Notes: a model not told the origin generated them from the letters alone. 63,589 nucleotides of DNA, filler included, from an uncultured Methanosarcinales archaeon (GCA_964405295.1; 5 parts of 4 records of this genome joined end to end with filler, not necessarily neighbours in it); one strand, 5' to 3'; counted from the whole stretch's first letter, positions 50,451 through 61,220 are shown. Translations and numbers: made by a program.

Positions 50451-51296
50451 ATGAAATTAGCAATAATTACTGATTCAGGAAGTAACCTATCATTAAAATA
50501 CATTGAATCAATACCAAATTTAAAATTAGCAGCATTACAATTAAATGTTGCAGGTGAATACTTTAGAGATATTATAGAAATTAGTTCGGAAGAAGTTTAT
50601 GCTCAATTAAAACATAAACAAATAACCACAAGCCTGCCAAAGGTTGAGGATTATTTTGAAGCTATTGATTCGTTAAAAAAAGACGGGTACACAGATATTT
50701 TGGTAATATCAATATCTAGTGGTTTGAGCGGTACGTACAATGCGTTCAGAAACGCTAACGCTGAAGTCAAAGGCGTCAACATACATCTATACGATTCAAA
50801 AACTTTAGCGATGGCTCAAGGATATCTAGTTATGGAAGCTGTAGATTTAGTTAAAAAAGGTAAATCGATAGAAGAAATAATAAAAAGACTAGATGATTTG
50901 AGATTTAATAAGAGTTTGGCTTTCTTTACTGTTGAAACACTTAAATGGTTAAGAAAAGGTGGAAGAATTGGATTTGTTGAAGGAACTATAGGAGACATAT
51001 TACATGTTAAACCGATTATAGGGGTAAACGATGATGGCGTATACCACACACTCTCAAAAGGCTTTGGAATGAAAAGAACTTTTATAACCATGAAGAAAAA
51101 ATTAAAAGAATTCTTTAAAGATGACGAAGTATTACTTACAGTACATTATGGTGATGATATTGAATCAGCAAAAAAAATAGAAAAAATGCTTGAAACTGAT
51201 ATTAATGTTAAAAGAATTGATCTAATTCCAATAACGCCAGTATTAGGTGTTCATACAGGGCCAAGTATCATAGCAATTTGTGCAATGAAAATATAG
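50451..51296 (+). CDS. DegV family fatty-acid-binding protein
   Basis: IITDS, SISSGLSGTY, GGRIG, VHTGP. Confidence 0.95.
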   Translation: MKLAIITDSGSNLSLKYIESIPNLKLAALQLNVAGEYFRDIIEISSEEVYAQLKHKQITTSLPKVEDYFEAIDSLKKDGYTDILVISISSGLSGTYNAFRNANAEVKGVNIHLYDSKTLAMAQGYLVMEAVDLVKKGKSIEEIIKRLDDLRFNKSLAFFTVETLKWLRKGGRIGFVEGTIGDILHVKPIIGVNDDGVYHTLSKGFGMKRTFITMKKKLKEFFKDDEVLLTVHYGDDIESAKKIEKMLETDINVKRIDLIPITPVLGVHTGPSIIAICAMKI

Positions 51297-51323
51297 AAGC
51301 TGGAATATTCCAGCTTTTTTTTT
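51297..51323 (+). terminator. Intrinsic terminator
   Basis: aagctggaa-ta-ttccagctt followed by T-run. Confidence 0.75.
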
Positions 51324-51395
51324 GGAATTTTTAGTATCTTGTTGAATAAATAGCGAGTTCAATATAGAATTAAATATAAGTTTGGGGGTGATTAG

Positions 51396-52730
51396 ATGTC
51401 CCGTCTCAAAAAATTTAAAGAACAAAAGAAAAAATTATCTAGGTTTCAAGCATTGAAATCTATTTTTTCTTCGTTGTTAATAACGATCACAGCGGTTGTA
51501 ATAGTGACAGTAGTAATCCCAAAAAGTCCTGAAGCAGCAATTGAGAATTTAGAAGCGTTTAATAATGCTGTAACCTATACAATAAATGTTACTGATAGTG
51601 ATAATGCAATAATAGAAGATACTCTGAAGGTAACTTTAGAAAATCAATTTGAAGAATATGTTACATACTTAAATATAGGAAGCAATATTGGTGTCTTTTT
51701 AGATTTAAAAGTTGATACAGAATATATGATTAAAGTGCTCGCAGATAAAGGATTTGGATTAGAAGTTCTTGATAGCCAAACTATAAGTACGTATCCCGTT
51801 GCGGGAGGAATCTTGATTTCTACAGAGATAGATGATCAAACTGAAATAAATATATCATACAAGATTCAATATTTAATTAATGATATATTCGATGAATATA
51901 AAAATGTACAAGTACGATATGGCTTTAAATATCCTGGTTCAGATGATGTTTATCATTATCAAATTATACCAATATCAATTAATGAAACGAGTTTTATTCT
52001 AGAAGGAGCTGATAGTAATTTGGAAGTATTTGTTTATTTAGAAGCTATCACTCAAGAAGATGTTACAGTAATTTTAGATGAACTTGTATATAGCACGCCG
52101 TTTGAGCTTTATGGGTCTTTATATCCAAATAGAGTAAGTCATACATCAGCTGAATTTATGGTATGGGTTGAACATAGCCCAAGACTGGAAGTCGAGTATG
52201 AAGTGATTCTCAAAAAACACGACTATATAATCGAAAGGAAATCAATTGAAGTAGAAGAAAACGAAGATCAGTTTCACGAAGGTGGAAATCTTATAGAATT
52301 TAGTAATCTAACTACTGATCAAGAGTATAAAGTGGTGTTGGTTGCTAAGTATATTGACCCTGTCACGTTGGAATATAGCGAAGTTGAAGTTAGTGAAGTG
52401 GATTTTAAAACATTACCTGATTTTGAAGCAAACGTCACTGTGACTGATAACGAGACATATTTTGAAGTAACAATCAATTTGAGTGGTTCACAAGATACAT
52501 ATGATCAAGCATACTACGTTATCTGGGAAGTAAATGAATTTGGAACATGGGTATATGAATCAATGTCTTATGATTTTGAAGTTAATGGTGATGAATCAAC
52601 TATTAGTTTCATACTTTCAGTTCCAGTATTAGATGAAATGTTTATTGATATTGGAATAATCGATTCAACAGAATTTTATTATAAAGTCATTTTAGAAACA
52701 TTAAATAATACCGAGGAGGTAATAGGATGA
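51396..52730 (+). CDS. Membrane-anchored acidic protein with FN3/Ig-like domains
   Basis: N-terminal TM; LKVDTEY and FSNLTTDQEY FN3-like motifs. Confidence 0.65.
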   Translation: MSRLKKFKEQKKKLSRFQALKSIFSSLLITITAVVIVTVVIPKSPEAAIENLEAFNNAVTYTINVTDSDNAIIEDTLKVTLENQFEEYVTYLNIGSNIGVFLDLKVDTEYMIKVLADKGFGLEVLDSQTISTYPVAGGILISTEIDDQTEINISYKIQYLINDIFDEYKNVQVRYGFKYPGSDDVYHYQIIPISINETSFILEGADSNLEVFVYLEAITQEDVTVILDELVYSTPFELYGSLYPNRVSHTSAEFMVWVEHSPRLEVEYEVILKKHDYIIERKSIEVEENEDQFHEGGNLIEFSNLTTDQEYKVVLVAKYIDPVTLEYSEVEVSEVDFKTLPDFEANVTVTDNETYFEVTINLSGSQDTYDQAYYVIWEVNEFGTWVYESMSYDFEVNGDESTISFILSVPVLDEMFIDIGIIDSTEFYYKVILETLNNTEEVIG

Positions 52731-53686
52731 AATTTAATTTTAAAAACAAATCAAAAGAAGATCAAAAGAAAATTATAGTAGTAACAACGGTAATACTTTT
52801 ATTTGTATTGGTAGCTGTATTATCTCCAATAATTTTCCCAGGTACACAGTTTGCTTTAATTATTGATAATTCTATAGGAAAATTTTTTAACGTAATAGAT
52901 TTTTTTACAAATAATTATGTGACTCTTTTGGAATCAATTGCTGTTGTTATCTTTATTTGGATATTATACAAGGTTCTCGTATTAATTATCTCGGTATTTA
53001 TTAAAAGAGGTCATAGAAGTGAAACAATTGGAAAGCTACTTATGAACTCTATTAAATACATAGCTGTAATAGCAGTTATTTTCTTAATACTTTCTGCTTG
53101 GGGTGTTCAAACACCTACATTGTTAGCAGGTGCTGGTATAATAGGTTTAGCAATTTCTTTTGGGGCACAAAGTTTAATTGAGGATATATTTGCTGGGCTC
53201 TTTATTATTTTCGAAAATCAATTTGCAGTCGGTGATGTAATTGAAATAGGTGACTTCAGAGGGATTGTTAAGGAACTTGGTCTTCGTATTACTAAGTTTG
53301 AAGATGTCAATGGAGATATCAAGATGATAAATAACTCTGATATTAGAGGGGCAATTAATTCATCGAACGTATTATCTCAAGCAATATGTGAAATCGAGAT
53401 TTCATATAAGCAAGACATTGAAAAATTCGAGACGTTTATGAGAGAAAATGTCAAACTTATCAAAAATGAAGTTTCAACAATTAAAAAAGGTCCGTTCTAT
53501 CAAGGAATTGAAAAGTTTGGTGAATCAGGAATGAGAATTAGAATTGTCGCTTGGTCAAAAGAAGTTGATAGATTATATACAATAAGAGAATTAAATAAAC
53601 ATGTCAAAGTTTTATTTGACAAGAATAATATTGAGATTCCTTTTCCTCAAGTAGTAGTTCATAATGAAATAAAGAATGAATTATAA
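52727..53686 (+). CDS. Small-conductance mechanosensitive channel (MscS family)
   Basis: LAGAGIIGLAISFGAQ, VGDVIEI, IEIPFPQ. Confidence 0.9.
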   Translation: MKFNFKNKSKEDQKKIIVVTTVILLFVLVAVLSPIIFPGTQFALIIDNSIGKFFNVIDFFTNNYVTLLESIAVVIFIWILYKVLVLIISVFIKRGHRSETIGKLLMNSIKYIAVIAVIFLILSAWGVQTPTLLAGAGIIGLAISFGAQSLIEDIFAGLFIIFENQFAVGDVIEIGDFRGIVKELGLRITKFEDVNGDIKMINNSDIRGAINSSNVLSQAICEIEISYKQDIEKFETFMRENVKLIKNEVSTIKKGPFYQGIEKFGESGMRIRIVAWSKEVDRLYTIRELNKHVKVLFDKNNIEIPFPQVVVHNEIKNEL

Positions 53687-53690
53687 AAAA

Positions 53691-53728
53691 TATATTAAAA
53701 GGCAACCATGGGTTGTCTTTTAATATAT
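53691..53728 (+). terminator. Intrinsic (possibly bidirectional) terminator
   Basis: tatattaaaaggcaacc-atg-ggttgtcttttaatata. Confidence 0.7.
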
Positions 53729-54088
53729 ATACAAATATAAAGTTGTTGTTATTTGTATAATAAGTGGCTAGAAAAACTACATAAGACTTTTATTGTTCGA
53801 CAAGTTTTGGTCATTGAAACAGTTTCTGACTTTTCCAACAATTTAAAATCCTGTTGAGTCATCAATTAATAAGCTGATTCTACCATGAAATTCATCGTTA
53901 CAATCCGCTAATTTTTTTTCATATATAAAGCAAAAAAAAATCATGTATTTTGGATGAACATTCTATTTATATTATTTCATTTTAGTTGTTCTTCTAAAAT
54001 ATTGTTCTTTTTAGAAAAAAACAAAAAAAAGTGATTGATTATATGATAAACACACGATATAATAGAAAGCGCTTACTTAATAAAAAAT

Positions 54089-55531
54089 ATGGAGGTAATA
54101 ATGGCTAAGACAATTCAAGAAGCTTTGACATTTATCAAAGACAACAAGATTTTAATGGTAGATTTTAAGATTATTGATTTAGATGGTAGATGGAGACACT
54201 TAACGATACCAGCTGAAAACTTTAAACCGAGTTTATTTGAATCAGGTATAGGATTTGATGCATCTAACTATGGATATGCCCCTGTTGAGAACAGTGACAT
54301 GGTGTTTATACCTGATATTTCTACTTTAACAATAGATCCTTTTACAATGATTCCTACTGTAAATATGGTAGGAGATGTTTTTGTAATAGGAAAAGAAAAT
54401 AAGCATTTTGAACAATATCCTAGAACTGTCGTTAAACGTGCAGAAGATTATATGAAGAAGACAGGTTTAGCTGATACTATGTTATTGGGCCCTGAGTTTG
54501 AATTTCATATTTTTGATAATGTAGCATTTGAGGTTAAATCAAATTCAGCTTTTTATTATGTGGATACATCTCAAGCAGAATGGCATTCAGGAAATAGAAC
54601 GAAAGATAACAACGGGTATCAAGTATCTACTAAAGGTGGATACCACATGGATATACCGAATGATATTAATTATGATTTGAGAAGCAAAATTTGTCTTATG
54701 ATGAATGAATGGGGTGTTCCTGTAAAATACCATCATCACGAAGTAGGAGGCTCTGGTCAGCTTGAAATAGAAGTTGAATTTGGGACTTTAGCTAAAATGG
54801 CTGATAATACAATGGTTGCTAAATATATTATAAAGAATGCGGCTAATCAAGCTGGAAAAACCGCAACATTTATGCCAAAACCTTTGGGGTCTGAAGCAGG
54901 AAACGGAATGCATGTTCATATGATGTTGTTTAAAGATGGTAAACCACTATTTTATGATGAATCAGGCTATTCAGGTTTAAGTGAATTTGCAATGTATTTT
55001 ATGGGCGGAATTCTAAAACACATTAAAAGTTTATGTGCTTTTACAAATCCTTCAACGAATTCATATAAAAGATTAGTTCCTGGTTTTGAAGCACCAGTAA
55101 CAATTGGCTATGCTACTGCCAATCGTTCAGCTGTTGTACGGATTCCTGCGTATGCAAGGAAGCCAAATGTGAAACGTTTTGAACTTAGAAACCCAGATGC
55201 ATCATGTAATCCTTATTATGCATATTCAGCTATATTGATGGCTGGTTTGGATGGCGTATTAAATAAAATCAATCCGACAGATTATAATTGGGGACCTTTT
55301 GATTTTAACTTATACAATTTGTCTGAAGATGAAAAAAGTAAAATTGATTCATTACCAAGAACATTGAATGAAGCTTTGGATGCTTTAGAGAATGACTATG
55401 ATTATTTATTAAAAGGAGCTGTTTTCCCAAAACGACTTATCGATGTGTGGATTAAAGAAAAACGCGCAGAAGTAAGAAGAATAGGAAATATCCCTCATCC
55501 AGCTGAGTTTAAGAAGTATTATGATTTTTAA
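54089..55531 (+). CDS. glnA: Glutamine synthetase type I (start probably MAKT at 54101)
   Basis: FDAS, GPEFEF, HHEVG, ATFMPKP, GNGMHVH, NRSAVVRIP. Confidence 0.95.
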   Translation: MEVIMAKTIQEALTFIKDNKILMVDFKIIDLDGRWRHLTIPAENFKPSLFESGIGFDASNYGYAPVENSDMVFIPDISTLTIDPFTMIPTVNMVGDVFVIGKENKHFEQYPRTVVKRAEDYMKKTGLADTMLLGPEFEFHIFDNVAFEVKSNSAFYYVDTSQAEWHSGNRTKDNNGYQVSTKGGYHMDIPNDINYDLRSKICLMMNEWGVPVKYHHHEVGGSGQLEIEVEFGTLAKMADNTMVAKYIIKNAANQAGKTATFMPKPLGSEAGNGMHVHMMLFKDGKPLFYDESGYSGLSEFAMYFMGGILKHIKSLCAFTNPSTNSYKRLVPGFEAPVTIGYATANRSAVVRIPAYARKPNVKRFELRNPDASCNPYYAYSAILMAGLDGVLNKINPTDYNWGPFDFNLYNLSEDEKSKIDSLPRTLNEALDALENDYDYLLKGAVFPKRLIDVWIKEKRAEVRRIGNIPHPAEFKKYYDF

Positions 55532-55627
55532 AGAAAGATAAGACAATGAAAGATTACTTTTAAGTAATCTTTTTTTTTAATATTTTCGCGAATATGTTAT
55601 AATATTTATTAGTCAAAGAGGTTACAT

Positions 55628-57544
55628 ATGAAAAATTTATTAAAAAACAAGTTGGGAATTATATTAGTATTTATATTATTTTATTTAATAGTTGAAATGA
55701 CAACTTTTATTTGGGTTGATTTTAACATTTTACCAAAAGATTATATTATTGATATAGTAATAGCATTTGCCATTGGCTCGATAACATTTTTATTTAAGTC
55801 AAGAAAAGTATCTATATACTTCTTAAGTTTTTTCGCTTTTATATTTATAGTATTATTCTTACTCAATGTAAACATGTATACTGTCTATTTAGATTTATTT
55901 ACAATTCACCAAATCCAGTTAATTGGGGAAGCAGCTGATGTTATTAATATTGAGCACATTTCAATTTTAAGTATTGTAATAGCTCTTATATATGGGGCTT
56001 TATATTTCTTTGGAATGAGAAGTACATACAGACATCTTAAAAATACTGCGCCTACAATAAATATGTATTATAGAAAAGCAGTACCTAGCTTTGTCTTATC
56101 TATCTTATTGGTATTTGGATTCTTTATGATTGATACTAGTTCTATTAGTGAGTTTTTAAGTGATACAAACGTTTCGGCTTTTAAAAGAGCTTCATTAGAA
56201 AAGTATGGGTTACTGGGATATTATACTAAGGAAGTCGAAGGGTTAATAGAACAAAGGAACCATAATGTAGATAATCCTGATGATGAAAATAACATAAATA
56301 ACACAAGTGAAACAAACCTATATCTGTCAGAAGCAACAGATTACTTTGGATTGTTAGAAGGCAAGAATGTTATTACTATTCTATTAGAGTCCGTTCAATC
56401 ATTTGCGATAAATGAGACACTAACACCAAACATGTATCAAATGGCAGAAAACGGGTTATATTTTGACAATAGTTATAGCGAAAATAAAACCAATCACTCA
56501 GAACTTATATCAATGTTAGGTAATTATCCGATGACACCGGTTAATTTTGAATCAAGTATGTATGATTTTTCATATGGTATGCCTTCTGTATTATTAGAAA
56601 ACGGATATGAAACAAATTACTTTCATGATAATCTTGAAACATTTTATGATAGAGGGCTCTTAATGCCTAATTTAGGTTTTGAAAATATATATTTACATGA
56701 CGACCTTTTCCCTGGCGAAGAAATTTGGAGTTGGAATGGTGATTACACTCTTGACAGTGTAACGATGGCAAGAATGTTAGATAACCTGTCAACCACTGAT
56801 GGACCATTCTATTCTTATTGGGCTTCTTTGTCGACTCACGGGCCATATAGTGGGACAAAAACAAATGTAGATTTATTTGAGGAACTCGGATATTTCACAG
56901 CTATTGATCAAGCGGAGACAGACGGATTATGGTCAAACATATTAGAAGGACACGATGAAATAGACGTTGAAAGAATAAGATATTATCAAGCAGCTGTTAT
57001 GGAATTAGATAAAGCAATGGGATTAATGCTTGATGATTTAGAAGAAAAAGGAATTTTAGATGATACAGTTATCGTGATGTTCGGGGATCATAATGTATAC
57101 TATCACGAAATTTATCTAAAAAGATTTGATGACTTTAATGATTATTATAATATGGATATGTATGAGAACTTTTTCTGTATTTACAATACTACATTAACGG
57201 AAGAATACTTAAGAATTTCTGGTGATGATGATTCAACAATATCAGAATTTGTAAGTCCCTATACAATAGTACCAACTTTATATGATTTATTAGGTATTGA
57301 ATACAATACAGAGATGTTTATTGGAAATTCAGTTTTTGCGGAAGGACAAGATGTTTTTTATTCTATGAAACTTACAGGATTCTTTGATAATCAATTTTAT
57401 TCCGATGATGGCCTAGAAGTTACATATGCTAAAGAATTTAGTTTAGAAGAAGAAAGAGCTCTGTTCCTAGAAAAATGTTTGGTTATAAGGAATAAAATGG
57501 AGTATATTAACAATATATATATACAATCAAAAGAGTTAAGATAA
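55628..57544 (+). CDS. LTA synthase/sulfatase family membrane protein
   Basis: Five N-terminal TMs; NVITILLES, STHGPY, MFGDH. Confidence 0.8.
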   Translation: MKNLLKNKLGIILVFILFYLIVEMTTFIWVDFNILPKDYIIDIVIAFAIGSITFLFKSRKVSIYFLSFFAFIFIVLFLLNVNMYTVYLDLFTIHQIQLIGEAADVINIEHISILSIVIALIYGALYFFGMRSTYRHLKNTAPTINMYYRKAVPSFVLSILLVFGFFMIDTSSISEFLSDTNVSAFKRASLEKYGLLGYYTKEVEGLIEQRNHNVDNPDDENNINNTSETNLYLSEATDYFGLLEGKNVITILLESVQSFAINETLTPNMYQMAENGLYFDNSYSENKTNHSELISMLGNYPMTPVNFESSMYDFSYGMPSVLLENGYETNYFHDNLETFYDRGLLMPNLGFENIYLHDDLFPGEEIWSWNGDYTLDSVTMARMLDNLSTTDGPFYSYWASLSTHGPYSGTKTNVDLFEELGYFTAIDQAETDGLWSNILEGHDEIDVERIRYYQAAVMELDKAMGLMLDDLEEKGILDDTVIVMFGDHNVYYHEIYLKRFDDFNDYYNMDMYENFFCIYNTTLTEEYLRISGDDDSTISEFVSPYTIVPTLYDLLGIEYNTEMFIGNSVFAEGQDVFYSMKLTGFFDNQFYSDDGLEVTYAKEFSLEEERALFLEKCLVIRNKMEYINNIYIQSKELR

Positions 57545-57648
57545 GAAGAAGATATTGTTCTTCTTTTTTTCTTGCAATTTCTCTTTCTTTTTTTCGAAAA
57601 TAATGTATAATATTCTTGTGAATTTGAAAGGTTATTAAAGGTGATATT

Positions 57649-58212
57649 ATGTGGCAATCTATACTGGTTTTTTTAACATCTGTTGCGTTATGGGAAGTTT
57701 TATTAATATTTTTTGCAAAGGTTATTGAAGTAGCTTTATCTACCCTTAGAATTATATATGTTAATAAGGGATATAGAACGCTAGGAACGGTATTATCTTT
57801 AGTTGAAATATTATTATGGGTATTTATAGCTTCTAGAGTAATTGTTGGTGTTGCTGAAACGCCAATGAAAGGTATTATTTACAGTATAGGTTTTGCATCT
57901 GGTGTATATATTGGTTCTATTCTTGAAAATAAATTGGCTGTTGGAAAAATTTATGTCCAAGCAATTATTATGAGAGAAGAGGCTAGCAAAGTTGTGAAAG
58001 CTATTAGAGATGCTGGATTTGGTGTAACTGTTATGGCTGCGCAAGGTAAACTTAAAAGTCGAAAAGTGTTAATGATTTTTTCTAGCAGAAAGAACAAGGA
58101 AATATTAATTAACCTAATTAATAAGTTAGATGATGATGCTCTAATCGTTGTTAATGAAGTATCAATGATTAAAGGCGGGTATGTTAATTCGTTTAGAAGG
58201 TTGGCGAAATAA
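57649..58212 (+). CDS. DUF2179/UPF0316-type membrane protein
   Basis: FFAKVIEVALSTLR, GFASGVYIG, GFGVT. Confidence 0.8.
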   Translation: MWQSILVFLTSVALWEVLLIFFAKVIEVALSTLRIIYVNKGYRTLGTVLSLVEILLWVFIASRVIVGVAETPMKGIIYSIGFASGVYIGSILENKLAVGKIYVQAIIMREEASKVVKAIRDAGFGVTVMAAQGKLKSRKVLMIFSSRKNKEILINLINKLDDDALIVVNEVSMIKGGYVNSFRRLAK

Positions 58213-58333
58213 TAACGATTTTAGAGTCGAAAAAGACGCCTAATGAATATTTGGATTAAATTTTATAGAAAACTGTAGAAAACAGTTGAAAATTTGAGTG
58301 ATATCATATAAAATAGATAATGTTATCACTCAT

Positions 58334-58407
58334 GCAGGTGTAGTTTAATGGTAAAACAGATGCTTGCCATGCATCAGATGGCGGTTCGATCCCGCTCGCT
58401 TGCTCCA
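58334..58407 (+). tRNA. tRNA-Gly (GCC), CCA encoded
   Basis: Acceptor gcaggtg/cgcttgc; gatgc-ttGCCat-gcatc; ggcgg-ttcgatc-ccgct; ends tcca. Confidence 0.9.
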
Positions 58408-58930
58408 ATTAACACCGTATATAGGGAAGTATGATTTTATCATATTTCCTTTTTTTTATTGTTTTGTTGCAAAAGGGTGTCAAAAAAGGTGTCAAACTAC
58501 TTTTTGGAAAGGGTTACGTTCATATATTTGGCGCTTTAGATACATTTCTTTTTGATGCTTATTACGTATCTGATGAGTATACAATTCGACTTGCTCGCTC
58601 AAATTAAAAACGCAGAGAGTGTCTGATTCTTGGTCTTGAAGGTAAATTCATATAAAGCAATAAGCAAGAATTTCACTGATTATTATCATTTAGGTTATCA
58701 AACCAGTTGATAAGTTACATGAAACGAATTAGGTTCTTTGACTCGTTAACTTTAAATGTATTTAGCATTAAGAACAACGATCCGTACCACAAGTAATTGT
58801 AAAATATGATATGAACGCCTTAACAAAGGCCTTTTTGTTTGTTTAGAATGTGGTACGCATATTAGGGCTTGTTTATCGTAATGGAGATATAAAATTGAAA
58901 ACATAAAAAAAACAGCTATTTGCTGTTTTT

Positions 58931-59155
58931 TTACTTCAATGTAACTTGGATAACATCTTCAATAGATACATTAAATATAGTGGCTATTTTTTTAACTAAT
59001 ACTAATGATGGAGAATATCTATTTTTTTCAAGAGCATTAATAGTTTGTCTAGAACAACCTACTTTATCAGAAAGAAGTTGCTGGGACATATTATCTTTTT
59101 TGTAACGTAAATCTTTAATATTGTTTGTTACTTCTTTAATCTCCATAGCCTGCAC
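58931..59155 (-). CDS. XRE/Cro-type HTH regulator
   Basis: SQQLLSDKVGCSRQTINALEKNRYSPSL. Confidence 0.9.
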   Translation of the reverse strand: MQAMEIKEVTNNIKDLRYKKDNMSQQLLSDKVGCSRQTINALEKNRYSPSLVLVKKIATIFNVSIEDVIQVTLK

Positions 59156-59570
59156 CTTTAAATGATACAGCTACATAACTTAGGTTGAGTACGATGTTAG
59201 TGAGAAACAATGTACCAAAGCTAATATACCAAAGCCAAGATATTGGGAATGATCCATTATCTCTATAGATAAAGTATAATGCTAAACAACACGCAATTAG
59301 TATTCCTACAACCACAAACATGGTAACGGTAGCACTAAGAAGCATTAATTGACTATTCCTTTCATCATCTTTTTCTTTATTTTTAAGGAAAAATATAAGA
59401 AAAATATTACTAATATTTGCCAATATCAGAATTACTACAATAGCCGGTTTGTAATTTGAAATTGGAATAACAATTGGATAATTATTTGAAAAAAATATAA
59501 TTGAAAAAATAACGAATAATACTAACCAGATACCACCATTAATCATTGAATATTTTGTTCTGTAATCCAT
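59136..59570 (-). CDS. Four-TM membrane protein (DER motif) coupled to the HTH gene
   Basis: KDDERN between TMs; overlaps HTH start. Confidence 0.75.
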   Translation of the reverse strand: MDYRTKYSMINGGIWLVLFVIFSIIFFSNNYPIVIPISNYKPAIVVILILANISNIFLIFFLKNKEKDDERNSQLMLLSATVTMFVVVGILIACCLALYFIYRDNGSFPISWLWYISFGTLFLTNIVLNLSYVAVSFKGAGYGD

Positions 59571-59701
59571 AAAATATCACCTCATATGTAATGTAACATA
59601 TTTTTTCCATTATGTCAAATATATATTACATAAATTATGAAAAATTACCAAGTATTAAAGTCCAATTTATTTCCTACTCTAAATAAAATGATATAAATAT
59701 G

Positions 59702-59777
59702 ATAATAATTTAAAACTAAAAATTGTATACCGAGTGAATTGATAGGATGTTAGTAGACACAAAGTGTTACATGTGTT
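59702..59777 (+). repeat. About 76-bp direct repeat, copy 1 (copy 2 at 61276-61351)
   Basis: Exact 20-mer gatgttagtagacacaaagt at 59746 and 61320 plus shared aactaaaa, cgagtgaat and acatgtgtt. Confidence 0.85.
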
Positions 59778-59829
59778 TATTAATACCTTTTTTGTAGGCT
59801 TAAAGAAAAGAGTGAGGAAGATAATATAT

Positions 59830-59930
59830 TAAACTATCGTCGCAAAATGAAACGATAAGATAAACTATCATTGCAAAATAAAACGATAAGACGAACTATC
59901 GTTGCGAAATGAAACGATAGGTGATATAAT
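59830..59930 (+). promoter_or_regulatory. Three tandem 31-bp palindromic operators overlapping a sigmaA promoter
   Basis: aactatcgtYgcRaaatgaaacgata-like unit x3; TTGCGA-17-TATAAT with extended TG. Confidence 0.75.
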
Positions 59931-59948
59931 TGAAACAGAGGTGATACA

Positions 59949-61220
59949 ATGAAATATAAAGAGGCTAAAGATGTTGAATTAAAAGAAATTTTTTCAAAGA
60001 CATTATTGAAAACTATTTCTGCATATGCGAATTATCGTGATGGGAAAATATATATTGGAGTTGATGATAGTGGCATGGTAGTAGGCCTGAAAACTATTAT
60101 AGATTTAAAAATAAATATAGAAAATAGTATTAATGATTCAATAACCCCAAAACCTCAGTACGAAATAAACACACTGAATCATTCTGGAAAAGAAATTTTA
60201 GAAATTCTTGTTTTCAAAGGACAAGATGGCCCATACTATTACAAAAATAAAGCATATATGAGGAATGATACATCAACAGTAGCAGTTGATGCTGTAAATT
60301 TAACAAGATTAGTATTATCTTGCAAAAATCTATCATTTGATCAATTAGATAATAGCAGTAGCAAATTAGAGTTTGAGTACCTAACAAAAAAATTAGTAGA
60401 TGAACTTAAAATTAATGAAGTTAATAAATCTGTTTTAACAACTTTGGGTTTGGTAAAAAATCAGACTTTTAACAATGGAGCAGTACTATTATCTGATAAT
60501 GGAAATCTTAATCAATCATATGTAGATATTGCTAAGTTTCAATATAACACAGATATATTTATTGAAAGAATGAAATTTTCAAATCAGTCAATATTAACTT
60601 ACTATGATGAATCAATTAAATTTTTTAATAAATATTATATGCCTTATCAAGTTGTCAAAGGTGCAAAAAGAATATCAAAAGAAAAAGTACCTTTAGTAGC
60701 TTTTAGAGAAGTGTTAGCAAATGCAATAGTTCATCGTGATTATTTATTAAATAATGGTGTTCAAATTGCCATGTTTGATAACAGAATTGAAGTTTATTCT
60801 CCCGGAGGATTACCTGAAGGTATCACTAAAGAAATGTATTTTAATGGGTTAACTTCTCTCACTAGAAATCCAATCATTTCTTATGTGTTTTTTAGACTAG
60901 GCATAATTGAACAATTTGGTACAGGGATTAAAAGAATTATCAACAGCTATAAGAAATATAATACACATCCGTCTTTTCTCATTCAGTCAAGTCAAATTAA
61001 AATTATCTTACCTGTGTTGGATTATGACTATTCTACAATGAATAAAGTTGACGCGATCGTTGCTTATTTAGGAGCATATCCTAATTCATCTAGAAAAGAT
61101 ATTGAAACTTCATTGGATTTGGATAAAAGTTATATTATTAGAAGATTAAATGAATTGCACAAAAAGCACATTATTAGTATAAGTGGAAATGGACCTTCGG
61201 TTAGATATACAGTTTTATAG
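59949..61220 (+). CDS. AlbA_2/Schlafen + HATPase_c_4 (RecG-C-like) + C-terminal wHTH protein
   Basis: EAKDVELKE, SAYANYRDGKIYIGVDD, REVLANAIVHRDY, SPGGLP, EQFGTGI, C-terminal HTH. Confidence 0.85.
   Translation: MKYKEAKDVELKEIFSKTLLKTISAYANYRDGKIYIGVDDSGMVVGLKTIIDLKINIENSINDSITPKPQYEINTLNHSGKEILEILVFKGQDGPYYYKNKAYMRNDTSTVAVDAVNLTRLVLSCKNLSFDQLDNSSSKLEFEYLTKKLVDELKINEVNKSVLTTLGLVKNQTFNNGAVLLSDNGNLNQSYVDIAKFQYNTDIFIERMKFSNQSILTYYDESIKFFNKYYMPYQVVKGAKRISKEKVPLVAFREVLANAIVHRDYLLNNGVQIAMFDNRIEVYSPGGLPEGITKEMYFNGLTSLTRNPIISYVFFRLGIIEQFGTGIKRIINSYKKYNTHPSFLIQSSQIKIILPVLDYDYSTMNKVDAIVAYLGAYPNSSRKDIETSLDLDKSYIIRRLNELHKKHIISISGNGPSVRYTVL

Noticed and set aside
53770..53915. Possible riboswitch or pseudogene upstream of glnA (TGATGACTC on the minus strand)
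   Set aside because: Only a weak fluoride-riboswitch-like fragment; no consistent fold or recognisable protein
58364..58555. 63-aa ORF
   Set aside because: Overlaps tRNA-Gly, its terminator and att arm sites
59830..59922. 31-bp repeats as a mini CRISPR array
   Set aside because: Units are contiguous with no spacers and no cas genes; the position fits operators
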